64,000 bases of DNA, from IMG/VR virus record IMGVR_UViG_3300020380_000001, positions 124,001 through 188,000 of that record, one strand, 5' to 3'. The translations under genes and the position numbers were made by a program. Shown here in pieces: positions 57,321 to 64,000 of the stretch. The notes beneath the pieces were generated by a model. That model saw only the letters and a list, made by a program, of their open reading frames with translations. It did not search any database and had not been told where the DNA came from. How positions within the stretch are numbered: position 1 is the stretch's first letter; the number at the start of each line of letters is the position of its first letter.

Positions 57321-57528
57321 TGGCGCCCCGTGAGTCGTTAGACTCATTAATGAAACGACAGGTTTATTGTACTGCCACGCTTAGGAGGCCACCACAGCCG
57401 TACCCCTAGGTGATCAACGTCCTACTTATGCAGACAGTACATGAGTGGTTAGTCCATATAGCGGCCTGCATACTTTCAAACTCAACAGTGACCAGAGAGA
57501 TCATTTCATAAGTGCCATGCACCGGGGC
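57321..57528 (-). ncRNA. 208-nt tRNA-like ncRNA (acceptor stem plus GCCA)
   Basis: GCCCCG/CGGGGC + G + CCA; D-like GTGC/GCAC; T-like TGAGTC/GACTCA; long-range TTATGAAA/TTTCATTAA. Confidence 0.6.
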
Positions 57529-57665
57529 ATAGAACTTTTACGACTTACCGTCGTTTTGTTTCTTTTCTAACTCTTCAACACGTTTTGTTAACTCTTTAAC
57601 CTGTTCTATTAATTTAGATACAGGATCTACACCGGCTGTGATTGTTAACATACTTTGTCTCTATT

Positions 57666-57752
57666 TGGCAGTGGGTGTGGGATTCGAACCCACGTGCCCC
57701 GAAGGACAATTGCTTTCCAGGCAATCGCGTTAGACCGCTCCGCCAACCCACT
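57666..57752 (-). tRNA. tRNA-Ser(GGA)
   Basis: Cloverleaf with long variable arm, G73, CCA. Confidence 0.95.
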
Positions 57753-57772
57753 AAAATTCGGATATAAACTTA

Positions 57773-58075
57773 CTACGCTTTAACCACATAAGTGATTGAC
57801 ATGTTACTGTTAATCATTGTGGGCGTTCTGTGCTTGGTGCGCTTAAGGTCACCTTTCTTTAACAACCGTTTCAAGTCTGGATCCTTGTCCAGCACAATAC
57901 AACCACGGAAATTTACAGGAATAGCCATACCTTCTTTACAATATGCAAGGATACGGTCTCTGCGTTCTTTACCGTACGGCGCTCTATAAAGCCATTGCTG
58001 TACTTCTTCTTTCACCTCGAAGCTTGCGGCTTTGAGCCACGCATCGGGGTTACTGATGGTTTCTGCGGTCATCAT
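57773..58075 (-). CDS. hypothetical protein
   Basis: 100 aa, SD GGGAG. Confidence 0.7.
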   Translation of the reverse strand: MMTAETISNPDAWLKAASFEVKEEVQQWLYRAPYGKERRDRILAYCKEGMAIPVNFRGCIVLDKDPDLKRLLKKGDLKRTKHRTPTMINSNMSITYVVKA

Positions 58076-58095
58076 AGACTCCCTTAAGTGTTAAC

Positions 58096-58216
58096 CATTT
58101 TGTGTAATACCTCATGGTAGGACCTGATCCCTACTTCGTCAAGCCAAGCTTGATTTACCGGTACCTTTAAACCTGCCTTTCCTCGAGTAAACGAGCACAA
58201 AGTATTACACAAAATG
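58096..58216 (-). ncRNA. candidate multibranch ncRNA closed by a perfect 15-bp stem
   Basis: CATTTTGTGTAATAC/GTATTACACAAAATG enclosing TCAAGC/GCTTGA, GTAGG/CCTAC and CTCG/CGAG hairpins. Confidence 0.55.
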
Positions 58217-58220
58217 ACAC

Positions 58221-58445
58221 CAGCACCCCGCCGCATTCACAACGCTTATCTGGCTTATCCGCTCCGCATTCAGCGCAGAGACTTACAAGGTGATTACTGC
58301 AACGGTTGACGGGATTAGTAGGATTCCCGGGGTATCCACACCCCGCCCGTCATTGCTCGCCTGCATGGTGCGGTTCTATTAATCCTAGCGATTGAAATCC
58401 CGTGGACTGAATTAATCACCAATAGACGCTCGATACCGCATCGTT
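58221..58445 (-). ncRNA. candidate GC-rich structured ncRNA
   Basis: ORF-free; GGTGATTA/TAATCACC, TGACGGG/CCCGTCA, CGGGGT/ACCCCG, TAGGATT/AATCCTA, TGCGGT/ACCGCA complementarities. Confidence 0.45.
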
Positions 58446-58457
58446 ACAATAATTCGG

Positions 58458-59069
58458 TTACAAGTCGTTTACTTCAACGACTCGTGCAAAGTCAACAATA
58501 AATTGTACAATATAATCCCAAGAATGACCGTTTTCGATGTTGTATTCAGCAATACGACACAGCGCGTCGAGCGTAGCTTCGTATTCTTCATCATCATCGC
58601 CGTCAACGGTGCACGTCCCTTCGTCGTACATTTCTTTGGCTGCTTCAAAATCCATTTCCAAGTCGTGTACAAGCATTGAAGCCAAGTCACAATCATGGAT
58701 GGCAACATCGTCCATTTCAGCACCGAAACAAACCATGTGTTCGTGTACGAACTCGCTAAGCTCAGGACTTAGTGATTCACTATCAGTAAACAAAATGAAG
58801 TAGTCAGCCACTTCAAATACGATAATCTCGTCGGAACCAATACTGTCGCGCAGTGACTCGATATCACTTTCATCTAGCATACCCAGGAAAGTTTGGATAT
58901 CAGACTCGTTAGACGTCACGTAAACACTAGCGTAATCGCTACCAGTCAAAAAAGACGTATCGTCTACGTCACCGCGCACGGTGTCAGAGTCAGTAGGCAA
59001 GTATGATGTATATTCAACATCAAGCGTTTCGTGTACTAACTTACGTTTTTCGGTGGTGAATTCCATCAC
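58458..59069 (-). CDS. highly acidic hypothetical protein
   Basis: 203 aa, D/E-rich, SD GGAGG. Confidence 0.75.
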   Translation of the reverse strand: MMEFTTEKRKLVHETLDVEYTSYLPTDSDTVRGDVDDTSFLTGSDYASVYVTSNESDIQTFLGMLDESDIESLRDSIGSDEIIVFEVADYFILFTDSESLSPELSEFVHEHMVCFGAEMDDVAIHDCDLASMLVHDLEMDFEAAKEMYDEGTCTVDGDDDEEYEATLDALCRIAEYNIENGHSWDYIVQFIVDFARVVEVNDL

Positions 59070-59082
59070 GCCTCCAAAGAAA

Positions 59083-59158
59083 TGGTGCCCCTAACTGGAT
59101 TCGAACCAGTGACCTAACGATTATGAGTCGTCCGCTCTGCACACTGAGCTACAGGGGC
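59083..59158 (-). tRNA. tRNA-CAT (Ile2-like, or elongator Met)
   Basis: GACGA-CTCATAA-TCGTT, GCCCCTG/TAGGGGC, ACCA; resembles ileX-type tRNA. Confidence 0.88.
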
Positions 59159-59252
59159 TTTAAATAACTTCTTAAAACTTGTGTCTATTATACAACCATT
59201 TAGGTTGCTTGCAAGAAAAACTTTTAATTATTTTCCACATTGACACGGTGAT

Positions 59253-59327
59253 TGGAGCGGATAAGGGGAGTCGAACCCCTTCACTACGGCTTGGAAGGCC
59301 GAGGGCGTCACCAGTGAGCTTACCCGC
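59253..59327 (-). tRNA. tRNA-Gly(TCC)
   Basis: GCGGGTA/TATCCGC, CTTCCAA loop, U73, CCA; D arm imperfect. Confidence 0.85.
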
Positions 59328-59338
59328 GTATTTTGTTA

Positions 59339-59788
59339 CTAAGCATGATTCACATAAGCCGTACTAATAATACAAGCAGTGTGATAATCAGCTTCCTGTT
59401 TAAAAGCGTTAAAGAGTTCAGCGTACTGTTCTTTAACAGATAATTCTTGATCCATGTCAGTAATGTGGAAACGACATTTATGACCACATAGCTTTTTACT
59501 AATTGAACGGCCGATGTCAGTTTTTGGATTACTGTCACAGTAAACGTAAAGGCCGATACGTTCTAGTGCAATGCCGCCGCCCCATTCTACGACTAGGCGA
59601 TACGTGTTATCAATTGCATTACCGCGTATGTTAAGGAAACAACGGGTACTTCTGAACGTAGTGTCAACGTCGACATTGTACTTTTGCTTGAGTTGCTCAA
59701 CATAATCGACTAACTGTGCCTTTATAAAAGCAAAGCTGTCAAGTTCTTTAACAGCCTCGCCCATACTAATCATGCCTGGTAATCTCAT
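59339..59788 (-). CDS. hypothetical protein
   Basis: 149 aa. Confidence 0.75.
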   Translation of the reverse strand: MRLPGMISMGEAVKELDSFAFIKAQLVDYVEQLKQKYNVDVDTTFRSTRCFLNIRGNAIDNTYRLVVEWGGGIALERIGLYVYCDSNPKTDIGRSISKKLCGHKCRFHITDMDQELSVKEQYAELFNAFKQEADYHTACIISTAYVNHA

Positions 59789-59853
59789 CTTTGTAACCTT
59801 CTTTCTTAAAGTTCACAAAGAGTATAACAAACGATTACCAGTTTACAAGACTT

Positions 59854-60414
59854 TTAAGATACTACTTTGACCCACTGGTTATAAAACGCATCGCGTCCAA
59901 ACCCAAGGTACATATCGTCACCAACTAACACAAGAGCTACTTCACGAGAACTTGTTTTAGATGCAGACGGATTAGGCGCAGCAAGATATCTGCTCCAGTC
60001 AGCACTAACGATACCATGTTTGTCAAGAAGGCTTTCGATATCTTCATAATGAACAACGTTATTGCCGCGGCCTATTTGGCGCCAATTTGAAGGTTTAGTG
60101 TTCCACTCTGCACCCAAGTCATGTAACGCTTGGTAAATTTCACCAACTGCATCTAAGTCAGTAGCATAGCCGTCGCCTGATTCAAGAATGGCTTGGATAC
60201 GACTTGCTCTTGACGACGGGCGAGCACTTTCCATTATCTCGCCTATTTCTTCAGCCATTTTGTCTTCAAAGTTCATAAGCTTATCCATGATTCTGTCATA
60301 GAATGCTTTGATTTTATCAGCTGATGCTTGGTCGTCGACCTGAAGCATTAAGTAATTGCGCTCTTTAGTCAGAGCAGTGTAAGTGGCGTTAGCCAATGAG
60401 TTAAATTTTGACAT
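59854..60414 (-). CDS. hypothetical protein
   Basis: 186 aa, SD AGGA. Confidence 0.75.
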   Translation of the reverse strand: MSKFNSLANATYTALTKERNYLMLQVDDQASADKIKAFYDRIMDKLMNFEDKMAEEIGEIMESARPSSRASRIQAILESGDGYATDLDAVGEIYQALHDLGAEWNTKPSNWRQIGRGNNVVHYEDIESLLDKHGIVSADWSRYLAAPNPSASKTSSREVALVLVGDDMYLGFGRDAFYNQWVKVVS

Positions 60415-60451
60415 ATTAGAATCCTATTCTTTTGTTTTTGTTATTAGGATT

Positions 60452-60527
60452 TGGAGCGGGTAACGGGGTTCGAACCCGTGGCCTCTACCTTGGCAAGGTA
60501 GCGCTCTACCAACTGAGCTACACCCGC
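60452..60527 (-). tRNA. tRNA-Gly(GCC)
   Basis: Canonical 76-nt cloverleaf, U73, CCA. Confidence 0.96.
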
Positions 60528-60535
60528 ATAAATGG

Positions 60536-60742
60536 TTATTCGCCTACGTACTCGAGATGTCTTTCGCAATGGCGATCTGAACAAGTCTGGTCAGTGTAAG
60601 TCATAGTACCGCAATCGGGACAAGGAATACTTCCTTCTCTCCCTTCGCGCACTTTGGATTCGCTTCTGCGAGAACGGCGCTTAACTGAACTTTCTGTCAG
60701 TTTACTTAGTAGTTTTTTGTTAGTTTTATCATACTTTGACAT
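60536..60742 (-). CDS. small late protein with C-terminal Zn ribbon (candidate internal head protein)
   Basis: TAAATA at 60765; leader ending KLTES; CPDC...CxxxxC. Confidence 0.65.
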   Translation of the reverse strand: MSKYDKTNKKLLSKLTESSVKRRSRRSESKVREGREGSIPCPDCGTMTYTDQTCSDRHCERHLEYVGE

Positions 60743-60763
60743 AATAGTTTCCTTGTATTACGA

Positions 60764-61174
60764 CTATTTAGCATGTCGTTCAAGGTCTGTTCTATTATCT
60801 TTATCAACTGAATGCTTGGCTCTGCGTGCTTCTGATTCAGAGCGCATACTCACCAAGTGCTTGCCCGGCGTACCCAATACTACATCGTGGATTGGTTCTA
60901 TGCGAATAGTGTTTACCATTTGGCGATAGCGCTTTTTAGTGTCGTCGCTTAACTCAGTATACTCTGTGCGAGTACCGAAAAAGAAATTAGAGCGCTTGGT
61001 AGGTGACCCGGCAATTAGCCACTTTAGATGATTTACTGTCTTACCGATTCTTTCAACTAAATGCCCGTAGTCAGACCCTGCGACTATTTCACTATTATCC
61101 AATAAAAACTGGGTGTCGCCATTCTCTAAAGTGAACACAACAACATATATTTTAGCTGCATGCATTTTGACCAT
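60764..61174 (-). CDS. hypothetical protein
   Basis: 136 aa. Confidence 0.7.
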   Translation of the reverse strand: MVKMHAAKIYVVVFTLENGDTQFLLDNSEIVAGSDYGHLVERIGKTVNHLKWLIAGSPTKRSNFFFGTRTEYTELSDDTKKRYRQMVNTIRIEPIHDVVLGTPGKHLVSMRSESEARRAKHSVDKDNRTDLERHAK

Positions 61175-61194
61175 GCCAGAACCTCATTATAAAA

Positions 61195-61346
61195 TGGACG
61201 AGCCGCCGGGATTCGAACCCGGGAATACAGAATACTTCCGCTATTTGCATTTCGCTTGGCATTGTCTGTACCTTTAAACCCCTCATACCAATACTTGGCT
61301 TAAAGAACCGATGCACCGATTCTTAAAGTTGCAAGGAGTCAGCCCG
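61195..61346 (-). ncRNA. 152-nt tRNA-like ncRNA with canonical T arm and expanded core
   Basis: CGGGCTG/CGGCTCG acceptor (G3-U70 type pair), CCGGG-TTCGAAT-CCCGG, TCCA end; starts 10 nt after tRNA-Trp. Confidence 0.65.
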
Positions 61347-61356
61347 ATTGTTAAAA

Positions 61357-61436
61357 TGGCGCAGGTGTAGGGAGTCGAACCCTCAAGTCTCTCGACACGG
61401 TTTTGGAGACCGCTTTGCTCGCCAATGCGCACCTAC
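61357..61436 (-). tRNA. tRNA-Trp(CCA) with unusual variable-arm hairpin
   Basis: GTAGGTG/CACCTGC, GCGGT-CTCCAAA-ACCGT, G73, CCA; GTC-GAGA-GAC extra arm, weak D stem. Confidence 0.8.
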
Positions 61437-61625
61437 TTAATTCAAATTACCTAGTATCGCAGTAAGCACGATACCGACTTCTAGTCCCAGTAAAACGCCT
61501 ACACAAGCGCAGGGAATCATATAACGGTATTCACCCTGCCGTGCATGGACAGGTTTTCTTGCATAGAACGCCAACGGCGCAGCCATGCCTAATAACATTC
61601 CGATAATACCGCATACGATTAGCAT
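61437..61625 (-). CDS. small membrane protein
   Basis: 62 aa, two TM segments. Confidence 0.65.
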   Translation of the reverse strand: MLIVCGIIGMLLGMAAPLAFYARKPVHARQGEYRYMIPCACVGVLLGLEVGIVLTAILGNLN

Positions 61626-61641
61626 ATTTTCACCTAATAAT

Positions 61642-61726
61642 TGGTACGGATGGAGAGACTTGAACTCTCACGCCTTGCGGCACTGGAACCTAAATCCAGC
61701 GTGTCTACCAATTCCACCACATCCGC
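61642..61726 (-). tRNA. tRNA-Leu(TAG)
   Basis: Cloverleaf with long variable arm, A73, CCA. Confidence 0.95.
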
Positions 61727-61730
61727 GTTG

Positions 61731-61991
61731 TTACTTTTTAACTTTCTCGCCGAGCGGAAGATCGTCTAGCGCATACGCATCGTAATCGCCGAGCACTGTT
61801 TCTGCGTGCTCTATTGCATCTTCCACTGACCAAAACGGTTTAGGCGGTATATCATCTTCATGATCACCTACCCCTTTTGCTACGTACCGTCTTGTATCTA
61901 ACATTAGGTACACATTAAAGCGCTCATACGGGTCTTTGTATTCTATGAATGCCTTGAACTCGTATAAAGGCAATAAATCGTCTAACAGCAT
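61731..61991 (-). CDS. hypothetical protein
   Basis: 86 aa, SD AGGA. Confidence 0.7.
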   Translation of the reverse strand: MLLDDLLPLYEFKAFIEYKDPYERFNVYLMLDTRRYVAKGVGDHEDDIPPKPFWSVEDAIEHAETVLGDYDAYALDDLPLGEKVKK

Positions 61992-62033
61992 ATTCGTACA
62001 TCCTTATGGTATACGAATATTTATGCATTTGAT

Positions 62034-62330
62034 TTAATGCTCGAAAATATCGTCGCAGGTTATTTCACCATCAATTACGGCTCTAACTAGCGCACGTTTT
62101 TCGTCAGCTTTTCCAATAACAGGACAACCAGCAGTTTCAAAGTAAAAATCACACTTATTGCAGCCTGCGTTGGTTGAGCCTGATACAAAATCTTCGAACG
62201 TTGGTGTCATCATGGCCAGCGCTTGCTCGCGCTGCATATCATACGAAGCAACAACCTTATCAATAGCGGTTGCTAGATGATTGATGAACCATGCTCGTAG
62301 ATCATCTGAAATCTTTATGCCTTTACGCAT
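62034..62330 (-). CDS. hypothetical protein
   Basis: 98 aa, SD GAGG. Confidence 0.7.
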   Translation of the reverse strand: MRKGIKISDDLRAWFINHLATAIDKVVASYDMQREQALAMMTPTFEDFVSGSTNAGCNKCDFYFETAGCPVIGKADEKRALVRAVIDGEITCDDIFEH

Positions 62331-62406
62331 AAGTAAACCTCATATGCTATCTAAACATAGTCTTAGTATAAGGCCTTTTTTAGTATTGTAAAGACTTATC
62401 TGACAT

Positions 62407-62440
62407 AAAAAATGCGGCTAACTTTCGTTGCCGCATTTTT
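62407..62440 (-). terminator. bidirectional-type Rho-independent terminator
   Basis: AAAAATGCGGC...GCCGCATTTTT. Confidence 0.7.
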
Positions 62441-62459
62441 GTGAACTGCTTAAGTTAAA

Positions 62460-62870
62460 TTAACGTGCAGTACGCATAATTGTGGCATAAATTTCTAACA
62501 AGTCGTTGAGTTGGAAAACTTCTTCTTGTAGAAAGTCGATTGCTTCCATAGCAACGTCATTGCCGTAGCCTACGCGCTTAGCCCAATCAAAAAAGTACTG
62601 CTCAACAGCACGGTATTGATCGTCGCTAGCTGAACCGAAGTTAGTAACACCGAATTGCTTAAGGAAGCGGCCAGGACGGCGGCGTTTCATTTCAGCTGTG
62701 ATTTCCCACGCTACGTGAACGATTTGCTCAGGTGAACCATAGTCGCTTGCAGCGTCCATAACTTCGTCAGAATCAAGTGTTGCGCCAGGTAGGGCAGCAA
62801 TGTCAGCAGCATATTGGCCAACTTCTGAGTCGTCTTCAGTCATAAGGTTCATAATTTTTCTCATATCCAT
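62460..62870 (-). CDS. late protein (candidate internal head protein)
   Basis: SD AGGAG; TAAATA at 62939; leader MDMRKIMNLMTE. Confidence 0.7.
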   Translation of the reverse strand: MDMRKIMNLMTEDDSEVGQYAADIAALPGATLDSDEVMDAASDYGSPEQIVHVAWEITAEMKRRRPGRFLKQFGVTNFGSASDDQYRAVEQYFFDWAKRVGYGNDVAMEAIDFLQEEVFQLNDLLEIYATIMRTAR

Positions 62871-63049
62871 AAAGCTGTCTCCTTTAAAATGCTAATTGGA
62901 ATGTTTGTCGCTTGCATATTTCGCATAACTTACAAGAGTATTTAGTAAAGTTCTATCGTTGTCGATAATTAACGGTTCAATTTACTCTTTTTGTATTACT
63001 ATCTAAAGTAACGTATTTAGTGCCTTGTTACAAAGCAAGCTTCAATTAT

Positions 63050-63250
63050 TTATCGCCTTATCAGTTCTATGCTACATTTTCGCTTTATTTTGGCAGAAAG
63101 TTTTCTTGCTTTAGTCTGTAAGCGATGCCACTCAATGGCAATTTCGTTATCGTGGTCACTTTCTATATGCAACATTCTTTCTTCAAGTTCACCGATGCGA
63201 TCGAAAACTTTGGCTTCTTTCTTAAGCAGTTTCAGGAGTTTATGTGACAT
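63050..63250 (-). CDS. small coiled-coil protein
   Basis: 66 aa. Confidence 0.65.
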   Translation of the reverse strand: MSHKLLKLLKKEAKVFDRIGELEERMLHIESDHDNEIAIEWHRLQTKARKLSAKIKRKCSIELIRR

Positions 63251-63265
63251 GATGTGCCTATAATA

Positions 63266-63342
63266 TGGCAGGTGCGGCAGGATTCGAACCTGCGACCCTT
63301 GGCTTAGAAGGCCAATGCTCTATCCAGCTGCGCTACGCACCC
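63266..63342 (-). tRNA. tRNA-Arg(TCT)
   Basis: TTGGC-CTTCTAA-GCCAA, full cloverleaf, CCA. Confidence 0.95.
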
Positions 63343-63354
63343 ATTAAAGATGGT

Positions 63355-63648
63355 TTAATCAAACGGCCAGTTCGGGTCTCGTTCTGAGAATTCCATCATA
63401 GAGCCATGGAATTCAAGGTTAATTGAACCTACCTTAGCTTCATGGTAAAATATCCCTATCACCGAGTCGTCTTGGTTGTATATCACCTCAACACGGTGCC
63501 CGTCAATTTCTGACTGTTCGATGTCGTCGCTACTAACCTCCATAGTGAGGTCTTCCCAACGACTGTAATTAACTTTTTTGAAGTTTCCGGATTCAGTAAG
63601 TGGCTTACCTTCCATCACGTTCATAAATCCACGCATTGTATCTGACAT
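63355..63648 (-). CDS. late protein (candidate internal head protein)
   Basis: TAAATA at 63674; leader MSDTMRGFMNVMEGKPLTES. Confidence 0.7.
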   Translation of the reverse strand: MSDTMRGFMNVMEGKPLTESGNFKKVNYSRWEDLTMEVSSDDIEQSEIDGHRVEVIYNQDDSVIGIFYHEAKVGSINLEFHGSMMEFSERDPNWPFD

Positions 63649-63706
63649 ATTGAGTTATCCTATATAATGTACGTATTTAGTGACAGAGGCTTCTTCACTG
63701 TATAAT

Positions 63707-63868
63707 TCAAAGATTAAAGTAGCGGTTTCTATCTTCAATACTAGGGGTCAGTTTACGCGTGGTTTCGCGAAACTTTTCTTCTTGTTCACGCACACTGCGC
63801 CAAAACTCTAGACCCTCTTCTTTAGTGGGTTCATGTTCAGAAAGTGCTTTCAGTAACTCGTCATCCAT
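63707..63868 (-). CDS. small hypothetical protein (53 aa)
   Basis: MDDELLKALSEHEPTKEEG...RYFNL, coupled to upstream stop (TAATG). Confidence 0.6.
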   Translation of the reverse strand: MDDELLKALSEHEPTKEEGLEFWRSVREQEEKFRETTRKLTPSIEDRNRYFNL

Positions 63869-63999
63869 TATTTCGACTCACTCTCGTGTATCTTCTTCCA
63901 CTGTTCAACAGCATCAAAAAACAAGTCACTCACGGCATCAGCGCCGGCATCAGCAATAGATATCATTGTTTCCGAGTCGTTCCACTGCGAAAGCCACTT
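63868..63999 (-). CDS. 3' end of a gene starting beyond the window
   Basis: Open frame KWLSQWNDSETM...HESESK* from the window edge. Confidence 0.55.
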   Translation of the reverse strand, partial: KWLSQWNDSETMISIADAGADAVSDLFFDAVEQWKKIHESESK

Positions 64000-64000
64000 C

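Noticed and set aside
57325-57360. Hammerhead ribozyme on + strand (TGAGTC...GAAAC)
   Set aside because: No CUGANGA core in register with stem II; better explained as the T-like arm of the minus-strand RNA
58161-58173. ToxI-like antitoxin mimic (TACCTTTAA 9-mer)
   Set aside because: Short match on the strand opposite to local transcription, with no tandem repeats
58177-58184. RNase P RNA (GAGGAAAG on the minus strand)
   Set aside because: Not followed by UCC, and the other conserved regions and 3' P4 strand are absent or out of order
58276-58283. Group I intron R element (CAGAGACT on +)
   Set aside because: No downstream S element (AGUC) to form P7, and no interrupted gene on that strand
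1-64000. CRISPR array or TIGR-like tandem repeat array
   Set aside because: No regularly spaced direct repeats were seen by eye; the 27-nt element copies are kilobases apart
1-64000. Stop-codon reassignment
   Set aside because: Long genes read cleanly with code 11, all three stops are used, and no CUA/UCA/UUA suppressor tRNA is in the window

Overview
This window is part of a large lytic dsDNA phage genome (T4-like/jumbo type, standard genetic code, dense ORFs, no CRISPR array or transposase seen). The host is probably a gammaproteobacterium, inferred from an ArfA homologue and sigma70-type promoters. From about 1-29 kb the genes are mostly on the + strand: UDP-glucose dehydrogenase and a glycosyltransferase-like gene, an inverted holin/SLT-endolysin pair, a 1039-aa Calx-beta repeat protein, a PD-(D/E)xK-like nuclease, DsbA, two sugar-type dehydrogenases, family B DNA polymerase, a probable sliding clamp, a TGT/DpdA-like transglycosylase, QueE, RNase H, glutaredoxin and a subtilisin/PP-loop fusion. 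From about 29-64 kb all genes are on the - strand: virion-type genes, ArfA, a MazG-like enzyme, a small Toprim protein, an SPFH protein, many small ORFs and a dispersed tRNA cluster (Cys, Ser, Ile2/Met-CAT, 2x Gly, Trp, Leu, Arg). The most striking signal is RNA-level. A tRNA-Ile(GAU) gene is split by a 44-nt insert. The insert's 27-nt hairpin core recurs in two other tRNA-shaped genes, once identical and once with compensatory stem changes. Three further 150-210-nt RNAs keep a tRNA acceptor stem plus NCCA around a greatly expanded folded core. Other highlights are an ArfA gene with a coding-region hairpin like that used for RNase III/tmRNA control, a TGT-like protein sharing the polymerase's putative clamp-binding peptide, and a set of late-promoter small proteins with capsid-targeting-like leaders. 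All family calls come from motif recognition by eye; no database search was run.
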